Positions 58,908 to 64,000 of a stretch of 64,000 nucleotides of DNA are shown here, piece by piece (the stretch's first letter is position 1; every line of letters starts with the position of its first letter). The notes under the pieces are model-generated. The model was not told where the DNA came from and did not search any database. It saw only the letters and a list, made by a program, of their open reading frames with translations. This DNA comes from Candidatus Pacearchaeota archaeon (lineage in GTDB: Archaea; Nanobdellota; Nanobdellia; Pacearchaeales; GW2011-AR1). The stretch is taken from NCBI GenBank assembly GCA_018304985.1, contig JAGVWP010000001.1, forward strand, positions 3,913 through 67,912. Direction: 5' to 3'. Position numbers and translations under genes: made by a program.

Positions 58908-59312
58908 TTATGGTTTAACAACTCTTGGAAGGGGGATGTGTGGTGGAAGATTAAGGTCCTCTTCCAGCTGCAAGGCACGTAAGTTACATTTTGTAAAGAT
59001 AGCATTAATTACCTCGGCTTTTATATCTTCAGAGATTTTTTTGTCCTTCCAGTCTTTTAATATCTTTTTAGAAATTTCATTATTATCAACTAGAACAAAA
59101 ATAGTCCCTTCCATTAGTAAATTGGCAAAGTTTGGCTCGTAATCCACTTTAAATTCGTAATCAAACATTAAAGTGTCCTGGTTTTTGAATATTTCAGCTG
59201 TCTTTTTCTCAATATTCTTCACCTCAGCATTAAGATTTATATTAAGGCCTTTAGCAGAATCGCCTTTTCTTTCTACAGTAATTTTCTTAAAATTAAATCC
59301 AACAATCTTCAT
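58908..59312 (-). CDS. Archaeal hypothetical protein (possible SecB-like fold)
   Basis: MKIVGFNFKKI..ER...F.Y.F...Y.P....G...LNLPPHIP pattern. Confidence 0.65.
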   Translation of the reverse strand: MKIVGFNFKKITVERKGDSAKGLNINLNAEVKNIEKKTAEIFKNQDTLMFDYEFKVDYEPNFANLLMEGTIFVLVDNNEISKKILKDWKDKKISEDIKAEVINAIFTKCNLRALQLEEDLNLPPHIPLPRVVKP

Positions 59313-59363
59313 TTTAATGAATTATTCTCTAAATTTTATAAAGTTTATTAATATCAAAAATAA

Positions 59364-59624
59364 TTATCTTAAATCTTCTTCAGAAACAACTACAAAATCC
59401 CCTATAGCCATGATAGAATTGTGAGGAATAAGCAATTCCCCTTGATTTGTTCTTTCAAGATTAAGGTTTTGAGAGTAAACTGTCGGGTTTTTAATAACTA
59501 ATTGTATTAATTCGCCACTTCTTGTTTCAAAAGTAATGTCCTGAATAAAACCTATTCTCTTACCTTCTTTTGTAACAACTAATTTTCCGGCAAGTTCCCT
59601 TAACGCTCTTTTTTCGTCTGACAT
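59364..59624 (-). CDS. PRC-barrel domain protein (CdpB-like)
   Basis: L.GKLVVTKEGKRIG.I.DI.F...SGE and IP...I.AIGDFVVV motifs. Confidence 0.85.
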   Translation of the reverse strand: MSDEKRALRELAGKLVVTKEGKRIGFIQDITFETRSGELIQLVIKNPTVYSQNLNLERTNQGELLIPHNSIMAIGDFVVVSEEDLR

Positions 59625-59841
59625 ATTAGGTAAAAATAGACTCAATATTTAAACTTTTCTATTATTTGTTAATGAGTATTCAATGATTAGTGTTATTAAA
59701 ATTAATTATAATAGATTTTGAATAGATTAATTCTAACAGAGTTGATTGTAAGGTTTTTGAATGGTTATAGTTTAAAAAGGGAAAGTAATGATTTGAAATA
59801 CCCTTAAAGGGTGGCATTGCACAAACTTGACTCCACCCTGA

Positions 59842-60153
59842 CCCCCTGGTTTCGTATAGAAATGTTTAAAAAGAAAATTGAAATTTTGCTTTTCTTTCTC
59901 TTCTTTTCTTTTTTAAATATATATATTATATATTATATATATTATATTATTATATATAGTAATATATATACTAAAATATATATGTTGATGAGAATTTGTT
60001 AAAAGATTCTAAAATAAGTTATAAGAAATTATAAACTAAGTTATGGGAATTTTAAAGGGAATTCTGGCTATTTCAAAGGAGGAAAAAAGATATATTTCGA
60101 GGGTAAAGTTTTATTTTTAATGTATTTAATTCTCCATAAGAAACAGAGGTGTG
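59842..60153. other. Probable replication origin oriC
   Basis: ORB-like TTCTATACGAAACCAGGGGG (minus strand, 59842-59861) and CTCCATAAGAAACAGAGGTG (plus strand, 60132-60151) flank an almost pure A/T tract (59911-59982), directly upstream of cdc6. Confidence 0.8.
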
Positions 60154-60254
60154 AGTATAAAATAATTAAGATTTAAATTAAAGAAATAACCTATTATACA
60201 AAAGTTTATAAGAAATAAGATTATCTGATTTTGTAAAAAGAGGAAAAAGAGGAA

Positions 60255-61577
60255 ATGCCCAATATATTGCCAATATCAAAGACACCTAATTCAAAAATAC
60301 CTAATACCTTAAATAATTCAAATAAGTCTCAGGAGGGGATGAATAAAATTTTTGATTCTTTTATGCAGAATAGTATTTTTGAAAATAAAGCGGTTTTACA
60401 GACAAGTTATACTCCTGAAACTATCCCACATAGGGATGAACAAATAGGGCAGATTGCCAGTATATTAGCTCCTGCATTGAGGGGTGAGAGAACAAGCAAT
60501 TTATTTGTTTATGGCAAAACTGGGAGTGGGAAGACTATTTCTGTCCAGTGTGTTAGGGATGAATTGTTAAAAAGACAAGCAACAAACAAAAATAAATTAA
60601 TTATACAATATATTAACTGCAAGCTAAAAAAGGTTTCAGATACAGAATATAGGATTTTAGCCGAGTTAATAAAAAAGCTCGGAGGAAATGTTCCTGCTAC
60701 TGGTCTTCCGACAGACCAGGTTTATAATAAATTTTTAGAATTAATTGACAATGAAAAGAAATTAGTTATTCTTATTTTTGATGAGATTGACCATGCAGTT
60801 AATAAAATTTCAGATAATTTCCTTTATAACTTAACTAGATTAAATTCCGAGCTTTCTAAAAGCCAGATAAGTGTTGTTGGAATAAGCAATAATCTGACTT
60901 TCTTAGATGATCTTGATCCTAGAGTTAGGAGTTCTCTAAGTGAAGAAGAGGTTGTTTTTCCACCCTATAATGCTTTAGAGTTACAAGATATTTTAAAAAA
61001 AAGAGCAGATATGGCCTTTAAAAAAGGAGTTTTAGAAGAAGGAGTTATAGCAAAATGTGCTGCATTCGCTGCAAGAGAGCATGGAGATGCAAGAAGAGCT
61101 TTAGATTTATTAAGAATAGCTGGTGAAATTGCTGAAAGAAATAATCTCCTTAAAGTAAGTTTGAAAGACATAGATAATGCCAATGAGAAAATAGAGAAAG
61201 ACAAAATTTTAGATATTGTTAAAACAGAGCCAAAGCAATTTCAGCTTGTTCTTCTTGGAATTATGGAAATTCTTGAAAAAAAGGAAAAAAGCGAAAAAAC
61301 TTTGTTTGATAGCGAAAAAACAAAGCAAAGTGAGGTTTTTACAGGAGATATTTATAATGCTTACCAGATATTATGCGAGAAAACAAAAACAGAAGTGTTA
61401 ACTCAAAGAAGGGTTTCAGATATCTTGTCTGAATTTGACATGATGGGAATAATCAACAGCACTGTGATCTCCAAAGGAAGACAGGGAAGAACCAAAAAAA
61501 TAAAATTAGCTGTCCCGAAGAATCTTACAGGAAAAGTGAAGACTATTTTATATGATTCACTTGAATTAACTGCTTAA
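60255..61577 (+). CDS. cdc6: Orc1/Cdc6 replication initiator
   Basis: IPHRDEQI, YGKTGSGKT, FDEID, DPRVRSSL, FPPYNA and HGDARRALDLLR motifs; C-terminal wHTH. The true start may be ATG 60339. Confidence 0.96.
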   Translation: MPNILPISKTPNSKIPNTLNNSNKSQEGMNKIFDSFMQNSIFENKAVLQTSYTPETIPHRDEQIGQIASILAPALRGERTSNLFVYGKTGSGKTISVQCVRDELLKRQATNKNKLIIQYINCKLKKVSDTEYRILAELIKKLGGNVPATGLPTDQVYNKFLELIDNEKKLVILIFDEIDHAVNKISDNFLYNLTRLNSELSKSQISVVGISNNLTFLDDLDPRVRSSLSEEEVVFPPYNALELQDILKKRADMAFKKGVLEEGVIAKCAAFAAREHGDARRALDLLRIAGEIAERNNLLKVSLKDIDNANEKIEKDKILDIVKTEPKQFQLVLLGIMEILEKKEKSEKTLFDSEKTKQSEVFTGDIYNAYQILCEKTKTEVLTQRRVSDILSEFDMMGIINSTVISKGRQGRTKKIKLAVPKNLTGKVKTILYDSLELTA

Positions 61578-61647
61578 TTTGAAAGTTTAATTTAAATTAT
61601 GGAAATTAAAAAAGAAGTTACATCAGTAAATAAAAATAATTTTAACA

Positions 61648-63264
61648 ATGAAGCAGGAAATGCTAGATTTTTGCAGGCAAAGAGGCATTTTAATAGATAG
61701 GAGCATATTAGAACTGCTTGGAGATTTGCAGGATTTGGAGATTGCTAAGAATTTAATAGAAAGAATTGAATACCAATATAAACAAAAAATAATCACAAAG
61801 GCTTTCTTTTACAATAATCTCAATAAGGTTTCTGAAATTTTGATGAATTATAGTGGAGAGGATAAAAGAGCTATAGAAGATTTTTTAGAGAAGTTAGGTT
61901 TAGACTTAAAAATACTAGTTTTTGATGAGAAACTGCCTCAAAACAACAAAAAAGAAGAGTTTTTTTTAAATAGAAACAATCATGGAATAAATCTGCTTAA
62001 GATTTACCAAAATCAGCCAAAGAAAATTGAGGTAAATGATTTCGTTAAGAATTTTAGAAATAGATTTAATACTTTAAAAAATTTCTTGCAGGAGAGAACA
62101 GAACTGGAAAATTTAGCTTCTATTTCTAGAATTGAGAATAATAAAATTTTTTCACTAATTGCAATAGTTTATGACAAAAAAGTTACTAAAAATGATAATA
62201 TTCTTCTTGAATTAGAAGATTTAACAGGCAAGGTAACAGCAATAGTCAATAAAAATAGGCTTGATGTTTATGAAAAATCCAAGGAAATAATTTTAGATGA
62301 AGTTATTGGGTTAAAGTGCAGCGGCAGCAGAGATATGGTTTTTGTTAATGATATTGTATTTCCAGATATAAAATTACTTGAAAAGAAAAAATCAAATAAA
62401 GAAGAGCTTGTTGCTTTTACTTCAGATGTACATGTTGGAAGCGACAAGTTTCTTGAAAAAAATTTCCTGAAATTTATTAGCTGGTTGAATGGTAAGGAAG
62501 GCAGTGAAAAACAAAAAGAAGAAGCATTGAAAGTCAAATATCTTTTTATTACTGGAGATTCTGTTGATGGAGTTGGAGTTTATCCCGGGCAGGAAACTCA
62601 GCTCGATATAATAGATGTAAGAGACCAGTATAAAAAACTTGCAGAACTGCTTTTAATGATACGAAATGATGTGAAAATAATTTTATGTCCTGGGCAGCAT
62701 GATGCTGTTAGAGTTGCAGAACCACAACCAATTATTGGAGAAACTTATGGCGGGGCTTTGTATAATTTAGATAATTTATACCTTGTTACAAATCCCTCTC
62801 TTATTGAAGTTGGAACTGATGTAAAATTCAAGGTTTTAATGTATCATGGGGCAAGCATGCACGGAATTATAAACAGCATTGATAACTTAAGAATGAATAG
62901 GGCTCATGATTATCCAACACAAATTGTTAAATATATGCTGAAGAAAAGACATCTAGCTCCAACACACTCACTTGTAACTTATACTCCATTGGAAAACGAA
63001 GATGCCTTATTAATTAAAGAGATTCCAGATATTGTTGCAACAGGGGATCTTCATCGCCCGGAGATATCAGATTATAATGGAATATTATTATTTTCTGGAA
63101 GCTGCTGGCAATCTATAACTCCATTTGAAGAGAAAGTTGGCAATAACCCAGATCCATGCAAAGTTCCAATTTTAAATTTGCAAACAAGAGAAGTAAAAAT
63201 GCTTGATTTTTCAGATGTAAATGAATTAGATAATAAAGAAAATGAATTAGGGGGAGAGATTTAA
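61648..63264 (+). CDS. polD1: DNA polymerase D small subunit DP1
   Basis: OB fold ELEDLTG; SDVHVGS, GDSVDG.G.YPGQ, PGQHD, YHG, RHLAP and SCWQ motifs. Confidence 0.93.
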   Translation: MKQEMLDFCRQRGILIDRSILELLGDLQDLEIAKNLIERIEYQYKQKIITKAFFYNNLNKVSEILMNYSGEDKRAIEDFLEKLGLDLKILVFDEKLPQNNKKEEFFLNRNNHGINLLKIYQNQPKKIEVNDFVKNFRNRFNTLKNFLQERTELENLASISRIENNKIFSLIAIVYDKKVTKNDNILLELEDLTGKVTAIVNKNRLDVYEKSKEIILDEVIGLKCSGSRDMVFVNDIVFPDIKLLEKKKSNKEELVAFTSDVHVGSDKFLEKNFLKFISWLNGKEGSEKQKEEALKVKYLFITGDSVDGVGVYPGQETQLDIIDVRDQYKKLAELLLMIRNDVKIILCPGQHDAVRVAEPQPIIGETYGGALYNLDNLYLVTNPSLIEVGTDVKFKVLMYHGASMHGIINSIDNLRMNRAHDYPTQIVKYMLKKRHLAPTHSLVTYTPLENEDALLIKEIPDIVATGDLHRPEISDYNGILLFSGSCWQSITPFEEKVGNNPDPCKVPILNLQTREVKMLDFSDVNELDNKENELGGEI

Positions 63265-63266
63265 GA

Positions 63267-64000
63267 ATGATAGCAGATGATAAAGTTTATGGTAGAGAAC
63301 AAGTAGAGGATCCTTTATTAGTGGAGCTTATTAATTCTCCAGAATTAATAAGGCTAAAAAGTATTTCTCAATATGGGTTGCCTCCAGAACTTTATCACAA
63401 AGAGGGGTTTTCCAGATATGAACATTCTGTAGGGGTATTAATTCTTTTAAGGAGATTAGGAGCTGATTTAAAAGAACGGGCTGCAGGATTAGTGCATGAT
63501 GCTTCCCATACGGCTTTTTCTCATGTTGTTGATTGGGTTGTAGGGGATCCTGCTAGAGAGGATTATCAGGACCGCACTTTTTTAGAGTTTCTAAAAAAAT
63601 CAAGCCTTAAAGGGATTTTTGATAGATATAGTATTAATTATAAAGAGATTGGTAATCTGGGCAATTTTTCCTTATTGGAAAGAGAGCTTCCAGAATTATG
63701 TGCCGATAGATTTGATTATACTGTGAGGGAAATGTTAGGTTTTGAAAGTAGAGATGTGATTGAAAGAATTGTTGGAAATGTTCAGAATGAGAATGGGTTA
63801 ATGGTTTTTAAATCTAGAGGGGTTGCAGAATTATTTTCTGCAGGATTTATGGAGTGTCAGGAAGAACATTGGGGAGGAGATGAAGCAAAAGCGAGGTATC
63901 ATATTTTTTCAGAAGCTATTAGATTAGCAATAAGAAGGAGATATATCTGTTTTGAAGATTTAATGGGAACCGATATGGAAGTTGTTGCAAAGCTAGAAGC
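63267..64000 (+). CDS. HD-domain phosphohydrolase, 3' truncated by window
   Basis: RLKSISQYG, SRYEHSVG, GLVHDASHTAFSH and ADRFDY motifs. Confidence 0.85.
   Translation, partial: MIADDKVYGREQVEDPLLVELINSPELIRLKSISQYGLPPELYHKEGFSRYEHSVGVLILLRRLGADLKERAAGLVHDASHTAFSHVVDWVVGDPAREDYQDRTFLEFLKKSSLKGIFDRYSINYKEIGNLGNFSLLERELPELCADRFDYTVREMLGFESRDVIERIVGNVQNENGLMVFKSRGVAELFSAGFMECQEEHWGGDEAKARYHIFSEAIRLAIRRRYICFEDLMGTDMEVVAKLE

Noticed and set aside
59811-60002. 63-aa ORF
   Set aside because: It is a translation of the low-complexity DUE of the origin.

Overview
AT-rich archaeal chromosome segment, most consistent with a DPANN (Pacearchaeota/Woesearchaeota-like) genome. Evidence: L21e, L18e, Rpo3/4/10, archaeal SecDF, Cdc6/Orc1, PolD DP1, an unlinked 5S rRNA and tRNA genes without CCA. 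1-27.9 kb is a surface-glycan cluster with GTs, flippases, methyltransferases, Gmd plus aminotransferase, a GT9-GT2 fusion, a B12 radical SAM enzyme, a pyruvate kinase-ATP sulfurylase fusion and a sulfotransferase. 28-44 kb holds 5S rRNA, three tRNAs, secFD, rpo10 behind a LAGLIDADG ORF, a probable remote DGR target gene, an AbiE-like pair and an ABC/COG1361 operon interleaved with ORFans. 44.8-50 kb is a ribosomal/RNAP cluster with an unusual tRNA-Leu(AAG). 54-64 kb holds xerA, a probable oriC (inverted ORB-like boxes around an AT-rich DUE), cdc6 and DP1. The most novel-looking signal is beside oriC: two convergent coiled-coil/winged-helix genes each carry a DNA repeat array read in different frames, so it appears selected as DNA. 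One motif (AAACAGSTGTT) also fills the upstream region and a DUF192 gene about 4 kb away. This is a candidate undescribed origin-linked centromere/iteron system. Several families of intergenic hairpin repeats are also present. All family assignments come from motif recognition, not database searches.
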